Shown piece after piece: positions 40,415 to 51,685 of a DNA stretch of 64,000 nt. How positions within the stretch are numbered: the first letter of the stretch is position 1; every line of letters begins with the position of its first letter. The notes beneath the pieces are model-generated. The model was not told the origin of the DNA. It saw only the letters and a list, made by a program, of their open reading frames with translations, and did no database searches. A program made the position numbers and the translations under genes. The stretch comes from Camelus ferus (taxonomy: Eukaryota): NCBI RefSeq assembly GCF_009834535.1, contig NC_045696.1, positions 32,242,001 to 32,306,000 on the forward strand, read 5' to 3'.

Positions 40415-41160
40415 ACATTCAACAGATGTGTGCACCGAACACCTAAAATGTGCCAAGCACTGGCTGGGAGGGCGTAGGAAAGCAAAAACTGACATGGTGC
40501 CCACAGCCATGGTACCTAAAGTCCAGTGGGGAAGGCTGTGGCTAATCAAATAATTACATCAAAAATGTAAAATTGCAGCTGTGAAAAGTGTCACTGAGGA
40601 GTTTGCAAGGTCCTATAACTGGGATTGTACCCAAGCAGGGAGGTCAGAGATGACTGCCTATGAAAGTAGTCTAGGAAATAAAATCAGGGTAATAGATTCA
40701 TGGAAGAAGAGTCTAGGGCTATCATGCTGTAGGGTTCTAGGGAGAAGAGCATTTGCATAGTCATTTGCATGCAGAAATATGCTGGGTAGTAAGGACTTAA
40801 ATTTTGTCAGTTAGTCTAGAACAGAGAGAGTGGGGGCAGAATGTTGCGAAACCATGCTCAAGAGAGGAAATAGAACATGCAGTGCTTTGCAGACTGGTAA
40901 GCTTACTCTGAAATGTTGGGAGGCTAATGGGAGGTTTTATGTAGGAGGGTGGCATGAACAGAAATGCATTTAGAAAAGATCAAAGATGGTGGGTTGGCAG
41001 GGACTAATCAGTCTGGGCAGACCCAAGAGGCCAATGAGTGCTTGCTAGGACACATGGGATGACAATGGTGATCTTGAAGATCTGGGAAGAAAGAAGTTAC
41101 TGTCTGATAACTGAAATGAAGTAAATGCCTATATTTGACTACAGTACAGAATGAAGAAAG
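40415..41160 (-). mobile_element. L2 3' fragment
   Basis: 'cattcaacaga...gaacacctaaaatgtgccaagcactgg...gacatggtgcccacagccatgg...gggaggtcagagatgactgcc...atgcatttagaaaagatca'. Confidence 0.75.
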
Positions 41161-41399
41161 AATATAGACAAAGAGTAGAAATAAGGGTAAAAAGATGAGA
41201 CAGAATACAGATAAGTGGGAAGCCAGAAAGTCATAGGGGCGGCGGCAGAATGACATCTATACTTGTTATGGAAAATTTAGAATCCTAACCTGTTAGGACC
41301 ATCATAGACTTGCTACCCAGGAGTCTATTTCCTCAGCAGCTTTGCCATTTGGTTTAAGAAGCTATGCAATCCCATTATTCCAGGAGCCACCGTATCACA

Positions 41400-41548
41400 T
41401 TTTCTTGAAGTTTAATCTGAGAACTACCTGCATTGGTATCATCAAGCATATAAAAATATCTTGAGGGAGGACAGGGGCGGAGCCCAGATTCTGTATTTTT
41501 AACAAGTCCTATGAGTCTTCTTGATGGAATCTAACCTTTGAGAAATGG
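41400..41548. mobile_element. MER5A-like DNA transposon remnant
   Basis: 'ggggcggagcccagattctgtatttttaacaagtcc...ctaacctttgagaaa'. Confidence 0.6.
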
Positions 41549-42399
41549 GCAAAACATACCTAGGTGGAGTTTAGTGTCAACATTCTCAAAATGTGTGTGG
41601 CACGTGTCAAAAATGCACATGCTCACAATACTGGGAAACCTTTGCTCATACAGATTTGGAATTCAAATTATAGTTGCATCACTTGGCTGGGTAACAGTGT
41701 ATAAGCTTTTAAATTTCTGTGGAATCTGTGGATTTTTGTGGAAAATATTGGCTTTTTCAAGTTTCCTAACTCTCTCATTAGTCAAAATTATGTCCTCTGC
41801 ATTTCTGAGTTTTGAACCCTACCTCTGTGAGCAGCTTTAGGGGCAGCCAGTATCTCTGCGTCATATCATGTCACACCTGGGTACTGTGAAACCTTTGTGT
41901 CCCCCACCTAAGGTCTGAACTACCTTGTGCAAGGCTGAGACAGTGGTGGCCTTCTCTACTCTGTGTTAGCAAAATGCCAGTCTGTAATGTAGGGAGTGTT
42001 TAAGCTAGATTTGGTGCAGTAAGCATCAAGAGGAAGGAGAGTCTCTTCCTCTATTCTATTGAAATTATTTTAAGTTTTGCAAGTGGTTAAGTCAGACCCA
42101 TGAGTTTTTAGCCATTTCATCATAAAGAGCCAATATATTTTTGACAATATAAACAAACCATGAAAGCCAGCAAACACACACACACACACACATTTTGTAA
42201 TGGGTTCAAAAACTTTCAATAGACCTGAGTTGAGAGTATCTAGTTATTGTAAAAATTCAGCTTGCAGTTCATAGCAAAGTAGGCTATAAATTTACATCTA
42301 TGTGCTAAGAAAACTGAGTGACAAGTGCATGCTTACCTAAAACTCTTAGGTTAATAGCAAGTCAGTTTCTTTTCTGCTTCCAATTACAGCAGGCTAAAA

Positions 42400-43000
42400 C
42401 CACAAGAATGGTTAAATGTTGTCTCATCACCTATAAGAGTGAGCTATTCAATAATTGACAAAAATGAAACGGAATATAAAACAATTGTCGTTTTAAACGG
42501 AGCTACTGCAATATTTGAAATACAGGGAGGAATACGATTTTTATTTTCAAAATTAATAGAAGTTTCACTCAAATCATTTTGAATACTATTGTTCCCTGGA
42601 TGAAAATTCAATCCGAAACTGACAATTATGCACATGACAAATCTTTATCCTGGCTTAGAGTGTCCCCAGCAGGTAGTTTACTTATGATTAATGATTTACA
42701 ATTCTTGGATATTCAGATTGGTAAATGTGCTGGAGCTTTTTAATTGCCAAACTCTTTTTACCCCCAGCTTGCCTTATGACAGCTTGCTTTCATTTTAAAC
42801 ATGTCGTTATGAACATGACTGAAAATGAGTGCCAAAAATATGAGGCGGCTTCGTGCATTGACTGTTATGGGCAAACACCCTGTACGAGCTTTTCTTCTGT
42901 GTTAACAAAAATAAAAATAAATTATAATTTTCTGATAGCTTGCTCAGTAGGTTCAGATTTTAAAAAGACAGTGACTACTGTTTTTTTTTGGTTATCTTCC
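42400..43000. promoter_or_regulatory. Candidate conserved non-coding enhancer
   Basis: No recognisable repeat; about 9 CpGs in 42465-42890; TGATTAATGA (42685-42694) overlapping TGATTTACAA (42692-42701); TGACAG at 42777-42782; function inferred only. Confidence 0.4.
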
Positions 43001-43294
43001 ATCATGTTTTGTTATGAGTCACAAATCAAAATATGATCAAATACCTATTTTATAATCTAGCAGATGCTAATACTTAAAATTATAACTTATGAGAAAATAG
43101 TTCAACTTTAATAATATTTGGCAAAGCTAAGAGGATATAGAAAACTATAAAGAGGTTTACAGGTTTAAGATAGTCTATCTTAGAAAAGATAGAGCAGTGC
43201 ATTGATTTCTGTTTTGAAATACATGAACACTTGTTTTGGTTGATGATAGATGTGAAAATATATAAGAAAACATAGTGTGTTGAAAGAATCCTAT

Positions 43295-43437
43295 TCTTAG
43301 AAGACCTTGACACCTATTAATTATCATCTGGGAAAAGTTATTTAAGTATCTCTAAGTTTTTGTTCACTAATCTGTACATTGAAGCTAAAAATGGCTGTCC
43401 TAATTATATCACAAGGGTTTTTGAGAATCAGATGACT
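43295..43437 (+). mobile_element. MIR fragment
   Basis: 'ctgggaaaagttatttaagtatctctaagtttttgttcactaatctgtaca...tcacaagggtttttgagaatcagatga'. Confidence 0.65.
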
Positions 43438-44059
43438 CAATTTCCTGCTGAACTGTGGGCATGGTGTGGGCAAGGACCATCTTGCTTTCATTCCCTGGTA
43501 GATAATGGGCACTTCAGAATTTGCTAATGAATGAATGACTCAAATTAGAATATAAAAATGAAAGTCAAGTATAAATGGTAAAGCATTTTGTGAGTTTCCG
43601 TAAAGAAGGAAATCTTAATTGGCCTAGGGAAAATCTTCTCTGTGTTTTAGTACAATAATTGGCAGTTATCAGTTACGGAAGCTGGCATACCCTAATAACC
43701 TGGTTAGAATCTTTTTTCTTTGTTTCTTTTTGTTTTTTCAGTCTTGAAGAAAAAGAATCAGATGTATTGAGTGCTTATTTTATACATGGAGCATGTATTT
43801 ATTGAGTATGTTTAGTTAAAGGTAAAGGAATAAAAACAATGCTAAAGAAATAGTTTTATAATCAAGTTGTGATTAATGCAATGTTACAATGGTAGCTTAA
43901 CAAGGTAACCTAACCCCACAGCCCACAAAGTCGAAAGCAATATACCAGGAATTTTATAAGTATTTTTATTCAAGAAACGTTTATTTAGTGTGTACTTTGT
44001 GCCATTCTGTTTGACACTAGAGATAAGTGTTAGTACACAAGATAGGTTGAGATGACCTT

Positions 44060-44200
44060 AAACCTATGTATTATCTCCATTTTACAGATGGAGAAATAAA
44101 AGCTCCAAGACATAAGGTTTCTTGTCTAAAATAATACAGATAGTTGATTAACTGGGACTCCAACCCAAATATGTTAGATTCCACTCTGCTGCTTCCTCTA
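44060..44200 (-). mobile_element. MIR fragment
   Basis: 'tattatctccattttacagatggagaaataaaagctcc...ctgggactccaacccaaatatgttagattcca'. Confidence 0.8.
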
Positions 44201-45739
44201 ATTCACTTAGGCACTGAAGTTGGACAGGACTGTTTAGGGACTCTTCCATTTTGGGGATTCAGTGTGTCCAGTATCACTGACACAAGTCTACATAAGAGAA
44301 TTATCTAAGTCTGGTGTTATGTTTTTCAAATGTCATAGTATTTATTTCTAATCCTGGTGCTGCCCTATATTTTACTTTTTTAAATGGTGCCTCCGAGGAG
44401 GACCTATGTTTAATATAGTTAAAATGTATAATCTGCCCAAGTGAATGTTCACACTGTCTGAAAGGCCTATTGCTTTTATAACCAGATCTAAGATCCATCA
44501 TCCCTATGAAGTCTTTTGTCTTGGGGCAGGTTGCACTGCTTATCACAATGGTTTTCCCATAAATTCTCATCACTGCTTATTTCTGCAAATATTTCCCCTG
44601 GTGCGTTGGCTTGCCCTATTTAGTTACCCCAGTGAAGCTAGAGATATAACTTATTTAACTCTGCTTCTCTTTCATTCTATCCTCTTCAGTATTGAGCACA
44701 GAGCCTTGGATATAGTAGTACTTAGAACACAAATGTTGAAATGAATTGGCCTAATTTATAGAAATTATAACTTTATAATTATTGTTCCCTTCCAGTGTTT
44801 AGAGAAGCAATGCTATTCTGAAATCTCCTAATTTTTACGAACACTGATAACCTATTAATCAGTGTTCATTTTCAAAATAATTGTCAGTATAAAAAATTTA
44901 GCAATATTAAAATGTCCATTGGAACACACTAGAGGAGGAGTTTATTCTAATCATATTTTCTTGTATGTCTATATATCCTTTTTCTGTGACTGTTTACAAT
45001 CTAATTTAACTTTCTTATGTGCTTACAATAATGTTGGCAGCATGTTTTGTTTTTTGTTTTTGCATCATACCAATACCCCCCATACATATTATGCCCCAAT
45101 TTAGGCATAAATCCCACTAGTAGTATCACTTGGCTAACATCATATGACAAACTACAAGAGAACAATGTATCTTTCACAGGTAATTTTGTAATTTGATTAA
45201 AAAATTTGTTAACATATGATTTACATTTATTAAGCATATATATATATATTATAGTAGACATTAGACACTTCTGTAGTCTGTGAACAACAAAATGTATTGA
45301 TTCTCTCAATGTTCTTACCTGTATGACATAAGTTCACTTATTTCTCCCCATGTGAATTAAATGTTGTCTTCATTCTTCTTTAATTGCAATATGCTTAATT
45401 TCCCTCCACTACAAGAGTGCAGCTATTTATGGCTTTAACTTCTATTAGATTTTCCATCATTTGATCTTTCCTGTTCCATTATAATATATTGTCCTTTTAT
45501 GATTCATGTTGTCTTACATTTATTACTACCAAACTACAGGGCTTTTCTTCATGACATTTTTAATATGTGCTTTAGTGTACATAAAACATTAAATGATCTA
45601 CAGTGAGCAATTGGTGATTCTAACTGCTCATATTCATGTTATAATGTCTGAGCCATTATTTCTGTGATCTTCTCACTATGGATTAGCAATGTGGGAAGGA
45701 CAAGAAGCCAGAAAGTGTCATCTGAATTAATTCTCTGTG

Positions 45740-45743
<4 letters not shown>

Positions 45744-45771
<28 letters not shown>
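45744..45771. repeat. (GT)14 microsatellite
   Basis: Directly visible perfect dinucleotide tract. Confidence 0.95.
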
Positions 45772-45775
<4 letters not shown>

Positions 45776-48037
45776 AAGGGAGAGACAAATGAAAACAAGA
45801 AGACAAAGAAAATCAGAAAAAAAGAAATAGAAACTGACAAACATAAAGAGAGAAAATAATTTTTTCATTAGATATTTCAAAAATTAATTTTTATCAGACT
45901 TTCAGTGTTTACAAAATTTTAAGAGTAAATGTAAGTTTTCATTTTATCTTCCCCTCCATGCCTAGCATTGTACATTTTCATGGCAAATGTTTTCTTGAAT
46001 ACGGGTGAATTGAATTCACGCATCTCTAATACATGTGATGGAGGAATTGAACCATGAGTTTCTGATAAATACAGCAATGCACGGATGTAAAGAAGAGTGT
46101 TTTGAATTAATTGAATAAATGGGAAGAAACCCCTAAGTTTCCTAACATCCAACCTATCATGCGCAAGTGGGGGAAACAAACCTGGAGTCAAGTGGTTATA
46201 ATTAATCCTGGGAAGTCCTACTTAGACATAAAAACACACTGAAATCATGCTTAAGAGGAAAATATGACCAGCTCTGAAAAAACCAGTGACATTGTACAGA
46301 AAAAACTTCAGCTGCTTCTTAAAAAGGACACAGTTTATGACCTGTGATCTATGAAACTCACAGATGTCTTATTTAGATAAACTTGTATAATGTGTGTGTC
46401 AGTGCTTAGTAAACTCTAAAGAAATACATGCAAGTAATTGATGTTGTAATTAGAAACATCTATTTTTATGTCCCAATTGCTCTTTCTAGGAGTAATTGAA
46501 AACAGTGAAAATATTCATGTGGAGTCCTTAGCTAAGATATGTGCTTTTAGGCACATCTCTAACTTGGAAACTCAGGTTTCTAATCTATAAAATGGAAGTG
46601 AGTTAAGTGAATAAAGCCCTCATTGCAGATTTGTTGAGGTTTGTGAGGTTATGGGTATGATAGAAGGAATACTGGTATTAGTTGGTATGCAAATTTGTTA
46701 ACTTCCAATGACGTCTCCTTAGTCATCAATTAACTCTTTCTGGGAAAATATTTTCACTCACTCAGTGAACATCTGGAGCACCTATTATTTCCTAGATGCT
46801 GGTAACATGGGACACAGGGCTAAAGATAACTGGTGAGGAGCTTAGAGAAGGTTGAGTCAATGAAAAGTGCTTAGACTATAAGGAATAGATATGCAGGTCA
46901 CTTGGACCATACAGTGGCCCTGAAAGTCTTTCTAGAAAAGAACAGTCAATAAATAGTGACTGACTCCTATAGTATATGCTGTTATAGAGTAGTGACAGAG
47001 CCAAATCAAGGTTTGACTCTCAATAAAAGTTTGAAGGTACCATGAAAGGGTTTGGGCTAAGCTTTCTTTTGACAGAAGAACTTGATGTCAGTATAATATT
47101 ATCAAAAACTTTTCTAGTTCCCAATGATTATATATTTGTGAACTCTCTAAATTTAAAGGGAAACAATATGAAGTTAGACAGCACACTATACTAATATTTG
47201 ATTTTGAACTCAAGATAATCTGAATATTGAGCCCATGATGTTCCCTTCACTTCTTTAGACAGATCTTGTGATTCCTGTGCCCTTCAATATTCATCATGTA
47301 AAATTTTCCTTTGGGAGGTATCTTAAACTTATTGAAAAACAAAAACATGAAGCAAACAATAACAAGCAACCAAAAAACATACTTCATGAAGTTTTATCTT
47401 CCAAGGGTTCTGAATTTTGAGCCCCATAATCCATTTTCCAAGTTTAGCACTTACCTGTCACCCAGATTTGTTTTGTGTGTTGTTATGGATGATAACATTT
47501 AATTTTTCTTAACCTAATTTTACTCATCTGTCAAAACAGACCCTGGGATATTTGGTCACTGAAGTCATTATTTTGTTATAAATGAAATCTTAGCTTATCA
47601 AATCATACAATCAAATCACAGTGGAAGAATTTAGGTCATTTTATAAACTGTTTTAAGTGACATTTTTCAGCCAGTTGTGATAAATTAGTTAAGTTTTTTT
47701 CAAAAGTCAAGCTTTTTTCACTGTCTTTTTTTCCAGTTGTAAAATCTCAATTTAACTGAATCTTATCTATTTTATATATGTTTTGATTTTACATAAAAAA
47801 TGACATTTCATATTTTAGGTCTTATGAACACACAAACAGTTGAAGATTATAAATATTAAATTGCTAAGAAAAAGACTTGAATTAGAAATACTTTTTAATT
47901 AACTTCACAATCATAATCTTTGAAATGGAATCTAATTACTGTCTTGACCTTCTCTAGGAAAATAATATTTAAGACCCTGCAAAGAAAAGACATTAAAGAG
48001 AAGTGTCTACGAGGCAGTATCAGTTACTTAGAAAAAT

Positions 48038-48064
48038 ACACACACACACACACACATACACACA
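48038..48064. repeat. (AC)n microsatellite with one interruption
   Basis: acacacacacacacacacatacacaca. Confidence 0.9.
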
Positions 48065-50294
48065 TATATGATGATTACAAATACTCACTTTACTATTAAA
48101 CAGTAGCAGGATATTTCAAAATTGAGAGGTTACAGGCCATATGTTTAAATATTTGCATGAAACAAGTTTTAATGCAAGCACATAACCTTTTGTCAGAATG
48201 ATAAATGTTGGTTCTCATTTCCTTTGTGAAGGATAACTCTTTTTATCCTCTATGATATCAATCCAAACTGCCTGTTCCAGATCTCTCAGGATATGGATAA
48301 ATGAATGGGCCATCTATGGTTATTTGCTTCCTCCTCTGAATATTTATTTTCATTTTTTAGAGCCATTTCTGCTTTGTATATTGGGTAACTGACATTATCA
48401 TTTATAACACCTATAGTTTATTCAAGTAAAACATATTTTGGATACACATGTATGGTATCTAGAAATTCTTATGTCTTTCTGTTTTATTTTATATCAGCTG
48501 TGTGGTATAATCATTCTCCCAAGAAAATCCCAAACTTCACTGCTATTATTTTAGCAACCATCAATCCTAAAATTCAAAATTATCAAACTTCAAAATTATA
48601 ATGTATACTGAAACATTTCTACTAATCAATGTATTTTACGGGTTTAATGGAGACTAAAAAAGTCAAGAATATGATTTAAAGTAGGTGAAAAAGAAATAAA
48701 GACATTTAAGTTCAGTTAGGAGTCTCTTCAAAATAAGGAAAACAACCAATTGCATAATTTTAATTTGATTCTATTCATTTTGACAAACATTTGGCATATT
48801 ATAGTTATTATATGCTCAACTGGACAAGTTAATAAACTATATACCTTGGAAGGACTTTAAAAAAAATCAGGGCATAAGAAAACTCATTCCTTTTCTCCCC
48901 TTTATTTCATGTATTTTTGTTATTATGGTAATTATTATCATTAACCTTTATTGTAGTTAGATACACATGCAGTTCTTCCAGTAGACTGGAAGTCCCTTGT
49001 AAGAGTAAAGACAGTTTTTTTTGTTTTTAATTCTTGCTACCCTGACCGTGCTCAACACATAATGCCTTCTATAAAGTCTATATTCTGACACTGTATGGTG
49101 ACTCAAATGTCATCCAAAGGCACTAAATATTAGCATCTCAAAAAAGGAGTGATTTGCCTTGCACTTTTCACATTATTGATATGCTTGAGTGTTGAGTTTT
49201 CCCTCAGTATATGACCTAAATTCCCCAGGCTCTAGGTCAATTCACAAATACTACAAAACTCAAATTTAATTTTATGATTTAGGGATACTTTGTTATAACA
49301 CCCTTTTGTGTGCTGTTACGAGAAATGTTTTAATAAAAGTACAATGGTAAGACTGTAACAAAAGGGTAGCAATACTGGAAGGTGTATGACTTAGTCAGAT
49401 AAGACTTGCCCTAAGGATAGCAGAGCAGCTTTAATATACACACAGATGGATGGGAAACCAACAGTGAATTGAAAAATGCAAAGTTTTGCTCACAAGGTGA
49501 CCGGAGAGAAAGGCAGTCAGTGGGGGTGAGGATTTTACTGGTTTAATAATAAATAGGTATACATAAATAATTAGTTTGTGACAGTTTTAATGACAACCCA
49601 GCCATGGGAGAAGATAAATCTACATATTGAAAGAAAGCAGTTAAAATGTTGACTTGCAGAATGACAGAGGTAAAAAGGATACGTTTAAGTGGAGACAGGC
49701 AGCTTGTCTAAATATGGCTAATATTAAATACAGGTGATTATAGCATTTGAAATTGAAATTAAAAATAATCTCTGATTCACGTATTTTAAAATTGCCAAGT
49801 CCCCTCAGCTGCATATTTCACCAGGTGCTGGTGCAGTTGGAACAACAAGCAGATCCAATGATTTAAAAATAACATTCACGGGTGTCACCTGATGTCACTC
49901 CAGATAAGAAATGCTGTTCCCAATCAGGGAGAACACTCTCTGGTATTCATCCTAACACAGCCCAAACCTGTGCTACATATTTATGTCATGTATTTTTAAA
50001 TAATCTTTTGGATCTTGAACATATTAAATAGATTAAGCTTTCTGAGAGTTGTAAACATAGGAAAAAATGGAATGCTTTAGTTTTAGGAAGTTTATGCCTG
50101 TGTAGAGCTCTTTTAGCATGATTGGCTTTAAAGAAAATAAAGATGTTTTGATTTTTTCTCCAGATACTACAAACTGAGTCAAATATTAGTGTAATATTCA
50201 CGATTTCTTCTTCAACATGATGTTGAAAGCCTACGATTTCAGGCAACTCAAGGACACAGCCTCCTAAATACATAAGCTCAGATTTGGAGAATGA

Positions 50295-50485
50295 AACAAA
50301 CATTTATCAAAGCATTCAGGCAAGCAGTGTGCTAGGTGCTTTGTGTGCATTTACTTTTCCCAATAAAAGTCCTAGGAGGAAGATATTTTATCTATTTTAC
50401 AGATAAAGTAACTGAAGTCCTGGAAGGTTAACTTGATTTCCCAAGATCAAAAAGGAACACAGCAACAAAGACAAGATTGGCCCTT
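50295..50485 (-). mobile_element. MIR
   Basis: 'aacatttatcaaagcattc...gtgctaggtgctttgtgtgcatt...ctattttacagataaagtaactgaagtcctggaaggttaacttgatttcccaagatca'. Confidence 0.8.
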
Positions 50486-51489
50486 AAAATTCTCTAGAAA
50501 GCACAAGCTTTTCTATATATGCACCTAAATATCGCTATAAAGGTTGTGTCTCAAATTTATGTGGAAATAAATAATGCTATAATTTTTTTAATGCATTGAT
50601 ACTCACTCTGATCACCCTCCTCCCACAAATTTGACTTCATAGTCTGAAAATGAAGCAGCACGAATCACAGATACATTTATGCCTATGGCTCAAATCACAG
50701 ATCAGGTTTCTTTAGGCATGTGTACCACACACACACCCCCCCAAAAAAAAGAAGAAAAAAAGCTTATTTGAAACATTGTTGTGCACGACATTCACATTTC
50801 GTTAGTCTGAAAATGAACTAATTTGACTTAATTTAGAATACTACCAATTCTGTACTTTCCAAAATCTTTGAGCAGATCATGGACGGAAACTCTCTAATCT
50901 TACCAAGCAATTCTGAGTGAAAAAATATAATTGACAGGCTTATAGAAGATAAAACACAAAATGGCAGAGAGAAGATAAATAAACATGAAGTATCTAGTAA
51001 CATATCATAAGTATTGTGATGATTCTAACATGTGTATATAGAACCATAGCTCACCCATGAAGGTTATGGAATTCTAGAAGAAAAATAGAGACTGAAGGGA
51101 AATATCAGACAGGAAAAGTCTAGTAATGCCATAATGCTATTTTAGAAGGTGTCAAAGAAATTAGATAACTTTGGTGTTAAGTCATAAGAAACATCAGTTG
51201 CTTCATTTTGACTTATTTGGGTGGTCCTGTAAGTCTGTTGAGACCTTTGTGAAACCAGACTTTAGTCTCTTGGCATTTTGACAATCACTTCTAGCATCAT
51301 TTTTTTACCAAATATCATAAAGAATAGTATTTTTTTCTTCTCACTAATTAATAAATTGAAGAAGACAGTTAATTACTAATGAATATATTAAAGAGAACAG
51401 CATTTTCTGAAGTCTTGTAGCTTCTCCCCCCATTTTAACATTAGTGTTGTTGTTTAATTAGACTGTTCTTCAGCTTAATCATTTGCATT

Positions 51490-51685
51490 AAGCCTATCAA
51501 CCAGTCAGTTTTCTTCATATCCAGGCTGCATTTCTTCATCTTGCACACAAAGCTTTCTTAGAGATGTTGCCAGATTCTTTGCTGAGTCTATATCCATCAA
51601 GATGACTACTTTTCCCTAAAACTAAACATGTCAAAATAACAAATAAGTTAATATGATGTGATATGAAGTGAAGTCATGCTGCCTT
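51490..51685 (-). mobile_element. L3/CR1 reverse-transcriptase-region remnant
   Basis: 'catttcttcatcttgcacacaaagctttcttagagatgttgccagattctttgctgagtcta' aligns by eye to antisense CR1 RT around the YLDFSKAFD motif. Confidence 0.6.

Noticed and set aside
39170..41160. Oppositely oriented L2 fragments as a dsRNA substrate
   Set aside because: The fragments are too diverged to pair extensively, and there is no evidence of transcription
42725..43036. 103-aa cysteine-rich ORF
   Set aside because: No recognisable domain spacing and no promoter or splice support; better explained as non-coding sequence
43742..43821. Possible 80-nt exon (strong polypyrimidine+CAG acceptor, AAG/GTAAAG donor)
   Set aside because: Content resembles L2-tail debris (tatttattgag), no coherent coding signal, no partner exons; a lncRNA exon cannot be excluded without RNA-seq
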